Shown: positions 20,601-34,500 of the stretch, piece by piece
Layout: each line of letters opens with the position of its first letter
Numbering within the stretch: position 1 is the stretch's first letter
Assembly (NCBI GenBank): GCA_964016885.1
Contig: OZ024740.1
Location: 108,810,001-108,874,000 of the forward strand
Direction: 5' to 3'
DNA: 64,000 nt
Source: Eledone cirrhosa
Lineage: Eukaryota
Notes under the pieces: model-generated
Seen by the model: only the letters and a program-made list of their open reading frames with translations
Database searches by the model: none
Told to the model about the DNA's origin: nothing
Position numbers and translations under genes: made by a program

Positions 20601-22599
20601 CATAGGCAGTGTCTTTCATTAAAAATATAGTAATGAAAGAGTTGATGACATAGGCAGTGTCTTTCTTTAGAAATATAGTAATGAAAGGGTTGATGACATA
20701 GGCAGTGTCTTTCATTAGAAATATAGTAATGAAAGGGTTGATGACATAGGAAGTGTCTTTCATTAGAAATATTGTAATGAAAGGGTTGATGACATAGGCA
20801 GTCTATTTCATTAGAAATATAGTAATGAAAGGGTTGATGACATAGGCAGTGTCTTTCTTTAGAAATATAGTAATGAAAGGGTTGATGACATAGGCAGTGT
20901 CTTTCATTAGAAATATAGTAATGAAAGGGTTGATGACATAGGCAGTGTCTTTCATTAGAAATATAGTAATGAAAGGGTTGATGACCTAAGCAGTGTCTTT
21001 CATTAGAAATATAGTGATGAAAGGGTTGATGACATAGGCAATATCATCATTAGAAATATAGTAATGAAAGGGTTGATGACATAGGCAGTGTCTTTCATTA
21101 GAAATATAGTAATGAAAGAGTTGATGACATAGGCTGTGTCTTTCATTAGAAATATTGTAATGAAAGGGTTGATGACATAGGCAGTGTCTTTCATTAGAAA
21201 TATTGTAATGAAAGGGTTGATGACATAGGCAGTGTCTTTCATTAGAAATATAGTAATGAAAGGGTTGATGACATAGGCAGTGTCATCATTAGAAATATAG
21301 TAATGAAAGGGTTGATGACATAGGCAGTGTCTTTCATTAGAAATATAGTAATGAAAGGGTTGATGACATAAGCAGTGTCTTTCATTAGAAATATAGTAAT
21401 GAAAGGGTTGATGACATAGGTAATATCATCATTAGAAATATAGTAATGAAAGGGTTGATGACATAGGCTGTGTCTTTCATTAGAAATATTGTAATGAATG
21501 GATTAATGACATAGACAGTGTCATCATTAGAAATATTGTAATGAAAGGGTTGATGACATAGGCAGTGTCTTTCATTAGAAATGAGGTAAGTAAAGGGTTG
21601 ATGACATAGGCAGTGTCTTTCATTAGAAATATTGTAATGAATGGATTAATGACATAGGCAGTGTCTTTCATTAGAAATATAGTAATGAAAGGGTTGATGA
21701 CATAGGCAGTGTCTTTCATTAGAAATATAGTAATGAAAGGGTTGATGACATAGGCAGTGTCTTTCATTAGAAATATTGTAATGAAAGGGTTGATGATATA
21801 GGCTGTGTCTTTCATTAGAAATATTGTAATGAAAGGGTTGATGACATAGGCAGTGTCTTTCATTAGAAATATAGTAATGAAAGAGTTGATGACATAGGCA
21901 GTGTCTTTCTTTAGAAATATAGTAATGAAAGGGTTGATGACATAGGCAGTGTCTTTCATTAGAAATATAGTAATGAAAGGGTTGATGACATAGGCAGTGT
22001 CTTTCATTAGAAATATAGTAATGAAAGGGTTGATGACATAGGCAGTGTCTTTCATTAGAAATATAGTAATGAAAGGGTTGATGACATAGGCAGTGTCATC
22101 ATTAGAAATATAGTAATGAAAGGGTTGATGACATAGGCAGTGTCTCTCATTAGAAATATAGTAATGAAAGGGTTGATGACATAAGCAGTGTCTTTCATTA
22201 GAAATATAGTAATGAAAGGGTTGATGACATAGGCAATATCATCATTAGAAATATAGTAATGAAAGGGTTGATGACATAGGCAGTGTCTTTCATTAGAAAT
22301 ATAGTAATGAAAGAGTTGATGACATAGGCTGTGTCTTTCATTAGAAATATTGTAATGAAAGGGTTGATGACATAGGCAGTGTCTTTCATTAGAAATATAG
22401 TAATGAAAGGGTTGATGACATAGGCAGTGTCTTTCTTTAGAAATATAGTAATGAAAGGGTTGATGACATAGGCAGTGTCTTTCATTAGAAATATAGTAAT
22501 GAAAGGGTTGATGACATAGGCAGTGTCTTTCATTAGAAATATAGTAATGAAAGGGTTGATGACATAGGCAGTGTCTTTCTTTAGAAATATAGTAATGAA

Positions 22600-25500
22600 A
22601 GGGTTGATGACATAGGCAGTGTCATCATTAGAAATATAGTAATGAAAGGGTTGATGACATAGGCAGTGTCTTTCATTAGAAATATAGTAATGAAAGGGTT
22701 GATGACATAAGCAGTGTCTTTCATTAGAAATATAGTAATGAAAGGGTTGATGACATAGGCAATATCATCATTAGAAATATAGTAATGAAAGGGTTGATGA
22801 CATAGGCAGTGTCTTTCATTAGAAATATAGTAATGAAAGAGTTGATGACATAGGCTGTGTCTTTCATTAGAAATATTGTAATGAAAGGGTTGATGACATA
22901 GGCAGTGTCTTTCATTAGAAATATAGTAATGAAAGGGTTGATGACATAGGCAGTGTCTTTCATTAGAAATATTGTAATGAATGGATTAATGACATAGGCA
23001 GTGTCATCATTAGAAATATTGTAATGAAAGGGTTGATGACATAGGCAGTGTCTTTCATTAGAAATGAGGTAAGTAAAGGGTTGATGACATAGGCAGTGTC
23101 TTTCATTAGAAATATTGTAATGAATGGATTAATGACATAGGCAGTGTCTTTCATTAGAAATATAGTAATGAAAGGGTTGATGACATAGGCAGTGTCTTTC
23201 ATTAGAAATATAGTAATGAAAGGGTTGATGACATAGGCAGTGTCATCATTAGAAATATAGTAATGAAAGGGTTGATGACATAGGCAGTGTCTTTCATGAG
23301 AAATATAGTAATGAAAGGGTTGATGACATAGGCAGTGTCATCATTAGAAATATTGTACTGAATGGATTAATGACATAGGCAGTGTCTTTCATTAGAAATA
23401 TTGTAATGAAAGGGTTGATGACACAGGCAGTGTTTTTCATTAGAAATATTGTAATGAAAGGGTTGATGACATAGGCAGTGTCATCATTAGAAATATAGTA
23501 ATGAAATGGTTGATGACATAGGCAGTGTCATCATTAGAAATATAGTAATGAAAGGGTTGATGACATAGGCTGTGTCTTTCATTAGAAATATTGTACTGAA
23601 TGGATTAATGACATAGGCAGTGTCTTTCCATAGAAATATAGTAATGAAAGGGTTGATGACATAGGCAGTGTCTTTCATTAGAAATATTGTAATGAAAGGG
23701 TTGATGACATAAGCAGCGTCTTTCATTAGAAATATTGTAATGAAAGGGTTGATGACATAGGCAGTGTCATCATTAGAAATATAGTAATGAAAGGGTTGAT
23801 GACATAGGCAGTGTCTCTCATTAGAAATATTGTAATGAAAGGGTTGATGACATAGGCAGTGTCTTTCATTAGAAATATAGTAATGAAAGGGTTGATGACA
23901 TAGGCAGTGTCTTTCATTAGAAATATAGTAATGAAAGGGTTGATGACATAGGCAGTGTCATCATTAGAAATATAGTACTGAAAGGGTTGATGACATAGGC
24001 AGCGTCTTTCATTAGAAATATTGTAATGAATGGATTAATGACATAGGCAGTGTCATCATTAGAAATATTGTAATGAAAGGGTTGATGACATAGGCAGTAT
24101 CATCATTAGAAATATAGTAATGAAAGGGTTGATGACATAGGCAGTATCATCATTAGAAATATAGTAATGAAAGGGTTGATGACATAGGCAGTGTCTTTCA
24201 TTAGAAATATTGTAATGAATGGATTAATGACATAGGCAGTGTCATCATTAGAAATATTGTAATGAAAGGGTTGATGACATAGGCAGTGCCTTTCATTAGA
24301 AATGAGGTAAGTAAAGGGTTGATGACATAGGCAGTGTCTTTCATTAGAAATATTGTAATGAAAGGGTTGATGACATAGGCAGTGTCTTTCATTAGAAATA
24401 TTGTAATGAAAGGGTTGATGACATAGGCAGTGTCTTTCATTAGAAATATTGTAATGAAAGGGTTGATGACATAGGCAGTGTCTTTCATTAGAAATATTGT
24501 AATGAAAGGGTTGATGACATAGGCAGTCTCTTTCATTAGAAATATAGTAATGAAAGGGTTGATGACATAGGCAGTGTCTTTCATTAGAAATATTGTAATG
24601 AAAGGGTTGATGACATAGGCAGTGTCTTTCATTAGAAATATTGTAATGAAAGGGTTGATGACATAGGCAGTGTCTTTCATTAGAAATATAGTAATGAAAG
24701 GGTTGATGACATAGGCAGTGTCTTTCATTAGAAATATTGTAATGAAAGGGTTGATGACATAGGCAGTGTCTTTCATTAGAAATATAGTAATGAAAGGGTT
24801 GATGACATAGGCAGTGTCTTTCATTAGAAATATAGTAATGAAAGGGTTGATGACATAGGCAGTGTCATCATTAGAAATATTGTACTGAATGTATTAATGA
24901 CATAGGCAGTGTCTTTCATTAGAAATATTGTATTGAAAGGGTTGATGACACAGGCAGTGTCTTTCATTAGAAATATTGTACTGAAAGGGTTGATGACATA
25001 GGCAGTGTGATCATTAGAAATATAGTAATGAAAGGGTTGATGACATAGGCTGTGTCTTTCATTAGAAATATTGTACTGAATGGATTAATGACATAGGCAG
25101 TGTCTTTCCTTAGAAATATAGTAATGAAAGGGTTGATGACATAGGCAGTGTCTTTCATTAGAAATATTGTAATGAAAGGGTTGATGACATAGGCAGTGTC
25201 ATCATTAGAAATATAGTAATGAAAGGGTTGATGACATAGGCAGTGTCTTTCATTAGAAATATTGTACTGAAAGGGTTGATGACATAGGCAGTGTCATCAT
25301 TAGAAATATAGTAATGAAAGGGTTGATGACATAGGCAGTGTCTTTCATTAGAAATATAGTAATGAAAGTGTTGATGACATAGGCTGTGTCTTTCATTAGA
25401 AATATTGTACTGAATGGATTAATGACATAGGCAGTATCATCATTAGAAATATAGTAATGAAAGGGTTGATGACATAGGCAGTGTCATCATTAGAAATATA

Positions 25501-28500
25501 GTAATGAAAGGGTTGATGACATAGGCAGTGTCTTTCATTAGAAATATAGTAATGAAAGGGTTGATGACATAGGCAGTGTCATCATTAGAAATATAGTAAT
25601 GAAAGGGTTGATGACATAGGCAGTGTCTTTCATTAGAAATATAGTAATGAAAGGGTTGATGACATAGGCAGTGTCTTTCATTAGAAATATAGTACTGAAA
25701 GGGTTGATGACATAGGCAGTGTCTTTAATTAGAAATATAGTAATGAAAGGGTTGATGACATAGGCAGTGTCTTTCATTAGAAATATAGTAATGAAAGGGT
25801 TGATGACATAGGCAGTGTCTTTCATTAGAAATATAGTAATGAAAGGGTTGATGACATAGGCAGTGTCTTTCATTAGAAATATTGTAATGAAAGGGTTGAT
25901 GACATAGGCAGTGTCTTTCATTAGAAATATTGTAATGAAAGGGTTGATGACATAGGCAGTGTCTTTCATTAGAAATATAGTAATGAAAGGGTTGATGACA
26001 TAGGCAGTGTCTTTCATTAGAAATATTGTAATGAAAGGGTTGATGACATAGGCAGTGTCTTTCATTAGAAATATAGTAATGAAAGGGTTGATGACATAGG
26101 CAGTGTCATCATTAGAAATATAGTAATGAAAGGGTTGATGACATAGGCAGTGTCTTTCATTAGAAATATTGTAATGAAAGGGTTGATGACATAGGCAGTG
26201 TCTTTCATTAGAAATATTGTACTGAATGGATTAATGACATAGGCAGTATCATCATTAGAAATATAGTAATGAAAGGGTTGATGACATAGGCAGTGTCATC
26301 ATTAGAAATATAGTAATGAAAGGGTTGATGACATAGGCAGTGTCTTTCATTAGAAATATTGTAATGAAAGGGTTGATGACATAGGCAGTGTCTTTCATTA
26401 GAAATATTGTAATGAAAGGGTTGATGACATAGGCAGTGTCATCATTAGAAATATAGTAATGAAAGGGTTGATGACATAGGCAGTGTCTTTCATTAGAAAT
26501 ATAGTAATGAAAGGGTTGATGACATAAGCAGTGTCTTTCATTAGAAATATAGTAATGAAAGGGTTGATGACATAGGCAATATCATCATTAGAAATATAGT
26601 AATGAAAGGGTTGATGACATAGGCAGTGTCTTTCATTAGAAATATAGTAATGAAAGAGTTGATGACATAGGCTGTGTCTTTCATTAGAAATATTGTAATG
26701 AAAGGGTTGATGACATAGGCAGTGTCTTTCATTAGAAATATAGTAATGAAAGGGTTGATGACATAGGCAGTGTCTTTCATTAGAAATATTGTAATGAATG
26801 GATTAATGACATAGGCAGTGTCATCATTAGAAATATTGTAATGAAAGGGTTGATGACATAGGCAGTGTCTTTCATTAGAAATGAGGTAAGTAAAGGGTTG
26901 ATGACATAGGCAGTGTCTTTCATTAGAAATATTGTAATGAATGGATTAATGACATAGGCAGTGTCTTTCATTAGAAATATAGTAATGAAAGGGTTGATGA
27001 CATAGGCAGTGTCTTTCATTAGAAATATAGTAATGAAAGGGTTGATGACATAGGCAGTGTCATCATTAGAAATATAGTAATGAAAGGGTTGATGACATAG
27101 GCAGTGTCTTTCATTAGAAATATAGTAATGAAAGGGTTGATGACATAGGCAGTGTCATCATTAGAAATATTGTACTGAATGGATTAATGACATAGGCAGT
27201 GTCTTTCATTAGAAATATTGTAATGAAAGGGTTGATGACACAGGCAGTGTTTTTCATTAGAAATATTGTAATGAAAGGGTTGATGACATAGGCAGTGTCA
27301 TCATTAGAAATATAGTAATGAAATGGTTGATGACATAGGCAGTGTCATCATTAGAAATATAGTAATGAAAGGGTTGATGACATAGGCTGTGTCTTTCATT
27401 AGAAATATTGTACTGAATGGATTAATGACATAGGCAGTGTCTTTCCATAGAAATATAGTAATGAAAGGGTTGATGACATAGGCAGTGTCTTTCATTAGAA
27501 ATATTGTAATGAAAGGGTTGATGACATAAGCAGCGTCTTTCATTAGAAATATTGTAATGAAAGGGTTGATGACATAGGCAGTGTCATCATTAGAAATATA
27601 GTAATGAAAGGGTTGATGACATAGGCAGTGTCTCTCATTAGAAATATTGTAATGAAAGGGTTGATGACATAGGCAGTGTCTTTCATTAGAAATATAGTAA
27701 TGAAAGGGTTGATGACATAGGCAGTGTCTTTCATTAGAAATATAGTAATGAAAGGGTTGATGACATAGGCAGTGTCATCATTAGAAATATAGTACTGAAA
27801 GGGTTGATGACATAGGCAGCGTCTTTCATTAGAAATATTGTAATGAATGGATTAATGACATAGGCAGTGTCATCATTAGAAATATTGTAATGAAAGGGTT
27901 GATGACATAGGCAGTATCATCATTAGAAATATAGTAATGAAAGGGTTGATGACATAGGCAGTATCATCATTAGAAATATAGTAATGAAAGGGTTGATGAC
28001 ATAGGCAGTGTCTTTCATTAGAAATATTGTAATGAATGGATTAATGACATAGGCAGTGTCATCATTAGAAATATTGTAATGAAAGGGTTGATGACATAGG
28101 CAGTGCCTTTCATTAGAAATGAGGTAAGTAAAGGGTTGATGACATAGGCAGTGTCTTTCATTAGAAATATTGTAATGAAAGGGTTGATGACATAGGCAGT
28201 GTCTTTCATTAGAAATATTGTAATGAAAGGGTTGATGACATAGGCAGTGTCTTTCATTAGAAATATTGTAATGAAAGGGTTGATGACATAGGCAGTGTCT
28301 TTCATTAGAAATATTGTAATGAAAGGGTTGATGACATAGGCAGTCTCTTTCATTAGAAATATAGTAATGAAAGGGTTGATGACATAGGCAGTGTCTTTCA
28401 TTAGAAATATTGTAATGAAAGGGTTGATGACATAGGCAGTGTCTTTCATTAGAAATATTGTAATGAAAGGGTTGATGACATAGGCAGTGTCTTTCATTAG

Positions 28501-31500
28501 AAATATAGTAATGAAAGGGTTGATGACATAGGCAGTGTCTTTCATTAGAAATATTGTAATGAAAGGGTTGATGACATAGGCAGTGTCTTTCATTAGAAAT
28601 ATAGTAATGAAAGGGTTGATGACATAGGCAGTGTCTTTCATTAGAAATATAGTAATGAAAGGGTTGATGACATAGGCAGTGTCATCATTAGAAATATTGT
28701 ACTGAATGTATTAATGACATAGGCAGTGTCTTTCATTAGAAATATTGTATTGAAAGGGTTGATGACACAGGCAGTGTCTTTCATTAGAAATATTGTACTG
28801 AAAGGGTTGATGACATAGGCAGTGTGATCATTAGAAATATAGTAATGAAAGGGTTGATGACATAGGCTGTGTCTTTCATTAGAAATATTGTACTGAATGG
28901 ATTAATGACATAGGCAGTGTCTTTCCTTAGAAATATAGTAATGAAAGGGTTGATGACATAGGCAGTGTCTTTCATTAGAAATATTGTAATGAAAGGGTTG
29001 ATGACATAGGCAGTGTCATCATTAGAAATATAGTAATGAAAGGGTTGATGACATAGGCAGTGTCTTTCATTAGAAATATTGTAATGAAAGGGTTGATGAC
29101 ATAGGCAGTGTCTTTCATTAGAAATATAGTAATGAAAGGGTTGATGACATAGGCAGTGTCTTTCATTAGAAATATTGTAATGAAAGGGTTGATGACATAG
29201 GCAGTGTCTTTCATTAGAAATATAGTAATGAAAGGGTTGATGACATAGGCAGTGTCATCATTAGAAATATAGTAATGAAAGGGTTGATGACATAGGCAGT
29301 GTCTTTCATTAGAAATATTGTAATGAAAGGGTTGATGACATAGGCAGTGTCTTTCATTAGAAATATTGTACTGAATGGATTAATGACATAGGCAGTATCA
29401 TCATTAGAAATATAGTAATGAAAGGGTTGATGACATAGGCAGTGTCATCATTAGAAATATAGTAATGAAAGGGTTGATGACATAGGCAGTGTCTTTCATT
29501 AGAAATATTGTAATGAAAGGGTTGATGACATAGGCAGTGTCTTTCATTAGAAATATTGTAATGAAAGGGTTGATGACATAGGCAGTGTCATCATTAGAAA
29601 TATAGTAATGAAAGGGTTGATGACATAGGCAGTGTCTTTCATTAGAAATATAGTAATGAAAGGGTTGATGACATAAGCAGTGTCTTTCATTAGAAATATA
29701 GTAATGAAAGGGTTGATGACATAGGCAATATCATCATTAGAAATATAGTAATGAAAGGGTTGATGACATAGGCAGTGTCTTTCATTAGAAATATAGTAAT
29801 GAAAGAGTTGATGACATAGGCTGTGTCTTTCATTAGAAATATTGTAATGAAAGGGTTGATGACATAGGCAGTGTCTTTCATTAGAAATATAGTAATGAAA
29901 GGGTTGATGACATAGGCAGTGTCTTTCATTAGAAATATTGTAATGAATGGATTAATGACATAGGCAGTGTCATCATTAGAAATATTGTAATGAAAGGGTT
30001 GATGACATAGGCAGTGTCTTTCATTAGAAATGAGGTAAGTAAAGGGTTGATGACATAGGCAGTGTCTTTCATTAGAAATATTGTAATGAATGGATTAATG
30101 ACATAGGCAGTGTCTTTCATTAGAAATATAGTAATGAAAGGGTTGATGACATAGGCAGTGTCTTTCATTAGAAATATAGTAATAAAAGGGTTGATGACAT
30201 AGGCAGTGTCATCATTAGAAATATAGTAATGAAAGGGTTGATGACATAGGCAGTGTCTTTCATTAGAAATATAGTAATGAAAGGGTTGATGACATAGGCA
30301 GTGTCATCATTAGAAATATTGTACTGAATGGATTAATGACATAGGCAGTGTCTTTCATTAGAAATATTGTAATGAAAGGGTTGATGACACAGGCAGTGTT
30401 TTTCATTAGAAATATTGTAATGAAAGGGTTGATGACATAGGCAGTGTCATCATTAGAAATATAGTAATGAAATGGTTGATGACATAGGCAGTGTCATCAT
30501 TAGAAATATAGTAATGAAAGGGTTGATGACATAGGCTGTGTCTTTCATTAGAAATATTGTACTGAATGGATTAATGACATAGGCAGTGTCTTTCCATAGA
30601 AATATAGTAATGAAAGGGTTGATGACATAGGCAGTGTCTTTCATTAGAAATATTGTAATGAAAGGGTTGATGACATAAGCAGCGTCTTTCATTAGAAATA
30701 TTGTAATGAAAGGGTTGATGACATAGGCAGTGTCATCATTAGAAATATAGTAATGAAAGGGTTGATGACATAGGCAGTGTCTCTCATTAGAAATATTGTA
30801 ATGAAAGGGTTGATGACATAGGCAGTGTCTTTCATTAGAAATATAGTAATGAAAGGGTTGATGACATAGGCAGTGTCTTTCATTAGAAATATAGTAATGA
30901 AAGGGTTGATGACATAGGCAGTGTCATCATTAGAAATATAGTACTGAAAGGGTTGATGACATAGGCAGCGTCTTTCATTAGAAATATTGTAATGAATGGA
31001 TTAATGACATAGGCAGTGTCATCATTAGAAATATTGTAATGAAAGGGTTGATGACATAGGCAGTATCATCATTAGAAATATAGTAATGAAAGGGTTGATG
31101 ACATAGGCAGTATCATCATTAGAAATATAGTAATGAAAGGGTTGATGACATAGGCAGTGTCTTTCATTAGAAATATTGTAATGAATGGATTAATGACATA
31201 GGCAGTGTCATCATTAGAAATATTGTAATGAAAGGGTTGATGACATAGGCAGTGCCTTTCATTAGAAATGAGGTAAGTAAAGGGTTGATGACATAGGCAG
31301 TGTCTTTCATTAGAAATATTGTAATGAAAGGGTTGATGACATAGGCAGTGTCTTTCATTAGAAATATTGTAATGAAAGGGTTGATGACATAGGCAGTGTC
31401 TTTCATTAGAAATATTGTAATGAAAGGGTTGATGACATAGGCAGTGTCTTTCATTAGAAATATTGTAATGAAAGGGTTGATGACATAGGCAGTCTCTTTC

Positions 31501-34500
31501 ATTAGAAATATAGTAATGAAAGGGTTGATGACATAGGCAGTGTCTTTCATTAGAAATATTGTAATGAAAGGGTTGATGACATAGGCAGTGTCTTTCATTA
31601 GAAATATTGTAATGAAAGGGTTGATGACATAGGCAGTGTCTTTCATTAGAAATATAGTAATGAAAGGGTTGATGACATAGGCAGTGTCTTTCATTAGAAA
31701 TATTGTAATGAAAGGGTTGATGACATAGGCAGTGTCTTTCATTAGAAATATAGTAATGAAAGGGTTGATGACATAGGCAGTGTCTTTCATTAGAAATATA
31801 GTAATGAAAGGGTTGATGACATAGGCAGTGTCATCATTAGAAATATTGTACTGAATGTATTAATGACATAGGCAGTGTCTTTCATTAGAAATATTGTATT
31901 GAAAGGGTTGATGACACAGGCAGTGTCTTTCATTAGAAATATTGTACTGAAAGGGTTGATGACATAGGCAGTGTGATCATTAGAAATATAGTAATGAAAG
32001 GGTTGATGACATAGGCTGTGTCTTTCATTAGAAATATTGTACTGAATGGATTAATGACATAGGCAGTGTCTTTCCTTAGAAATATAGTAATGAAAGGGTT
32101 GATGACATAGGCAGTGTCTTTCATTAGAAATATTGTAATGAAAGGGTTGATGACATAGGCAGTGTCATCATTAGAAATATAGTAATGAAAGGGTTGATGA
32201 CATAGGCAGTGTCTTTCATTAGAAATATAGTAATGAAAGTGTTGATGACATAGGCTGTGTCTTTCATTAGAAATATTGTACTGAATGGATTAATGACATA
32301 GGCAGTATCATCATTAGAAATATAGTAATGAAAGGGTTGATGACATAGGCAGTGTCATCATTAGAAATATAGTAATGAAAGGGTTGATGACATAGGCAGT
32401 GTCTTTCATTAGAAATATAGTAATGAAAGGGTTGATGACATAGGCAGTGTCATCATTAGAAATATAGTAATGAAAGGGTTGATGACATAGGCAGTGTCTT
32501 TCATTAGAAATATAGTAATGAAAGGGTTGATGACATAGGCAGTGTCTTTCATTAGAAATATAGTACTGAAAGGGTTGATGACATAGGCAGTGTCTTTAAT
32601 TAGAAATATAGTAATGAAAGGGTTGATGACATAGGCAGTGTCTTTCATTAGAAATATAGTAATGAAAGGGTTGATGACATAGGCAGTGTCTTTCATTAGA
32701 AATATAGTAATGAAAGGGTTGATGACATAGGCAGTGTCTTTCATTAGAAATATTGTAATGAAAGGGTTGATGACATAGGCAGTGTCTTTCATTAGAAATA
32801 TTGTAATGAAAGGGTTGATGACATAGGCAGTGTCTTTCATTAGAAATATAGTAATGAAAGGGTTGATGACATAGGCAGTGTCTTTCATTAGAAATATTGT
32901 AATGAAAGGGTTGATGACATAGGCAGTGTCTTTCATTAGAAATATAGTAATGAAAGGGTTGATGACATAGGCAGTGTCATCATTAGAAATATAGTAATGA
33001 AAGGGTTGATGACATAGGCAGTGTCTTTCATTAGAAATATTGTAATGAAAGGGTTGATGACATAGGCAGTGTCTTTCATTAGAAATATTGTACTGAATGG
33101 ATTAATGACATAGGCAGTATCATCATTAGAAATATAGTAATGAAAGGGTTGATGACATAGGCAGTGTCATCATTAGAAATATAGTAATGAAAGGGTTGAT
33201 GACATAGGCAGTGTCTTTCATTAGAAATATTGTAATGAAAGGGTTGATGACATAGGCAGTGTCTTTCATTAGAAATATTGTAATGAAAGGGTTGATGACA
33301 TAGGCAGTGTCATCATTAGAAATATAGTAATGAAAGGGTTGATGACATAGGCAGTGTCTTTCATTAGAAATATAGTACTGAAAGGGTTGATGACATAGGC
33401 AGTGTCTTTCATTAGAAATATAGTAATGAAAGGGTTGATGACATAGGCAGTGTCTTTCATTAGAAATATAGTAATGAAAGGGTTGATGACATAGGCAGTG
33501 TCTTTCATTAGAAATATAGTAATGAAAGGGTTGATGACATAGGCAGTGTCTTTCATTAGAAATATTGTAATGAAAGGGTTGATGACATAGGCAGTGTCTT
33601 TCATTAGAAATATTGTAATGAAAGGGTTGATGACATAGGCAGTGTCTTTCATTAGAAATATAGTAATGAAAGGGTTGATGACATAGGCAGTGTCTTTCAT
33701 TAGAAATATTGTAATGAAAGGGTTGATGACATAGGCAGTGTCTTTCATTAGAAATATTGTAATGAAAGGGTTGATGACATAGGCAGTGTCTTTCATTAGA
33801 AATATAGTAATGAAAGGGTTGATGACATAGGCAGTGTCATCATTAGAAATATAGTAATGAAAGAGTTGATGACATAGGCAGTGTCTTTCATTAGAAATAT
33901 TGTAATGAAAGGGTTGATGACATAGGCAGTGTCTTTCATTAGAAATATTGTAATGAAAGGGTTGATGACATAGGCAGTGTCTTTCATTAGAAATATTGTA
34001 ATGAAAGGGTTGATGACATAGGCAGTGTCTTTCATTAGAAATATTGTAATGAAAGGGTTGATGACATAGGCAGTGTCTTTCATTAGAAATATTGTAATGA
34101 AAGGGTTGATGACATAGGCAGTGTCATCATTAGAAATATAGTAATGAAAGGGTTGATGACATAGGCAGTGTCTTTCATTAGAAATATAGTACTGAAAGGG
34201 TTGATGACATAGGCAGTGTCTTTCATTAGAAATATTGTAATGAAAGGGTTGATGACATAGGCAGCGTCTTTCATTAGAAATATTGTAATGAAAGGGTTGA
34301 TGACATAGGCAGTGTCTTTCATTAGAAATATTGTAATGAAAGGGTTGATGACATAGGCAGTGTCTTTCATTAGAAATATTGTAATGAAAGGGTTGATGAC
34401 ATAGGCAGTGTCTGTCATTAGAAATATTGTAATGAAAGGGTTGATGACATAGGCAGTGTCTTTCATTAGAAATATTGTAATGAAAGGGTTGATGACATAG

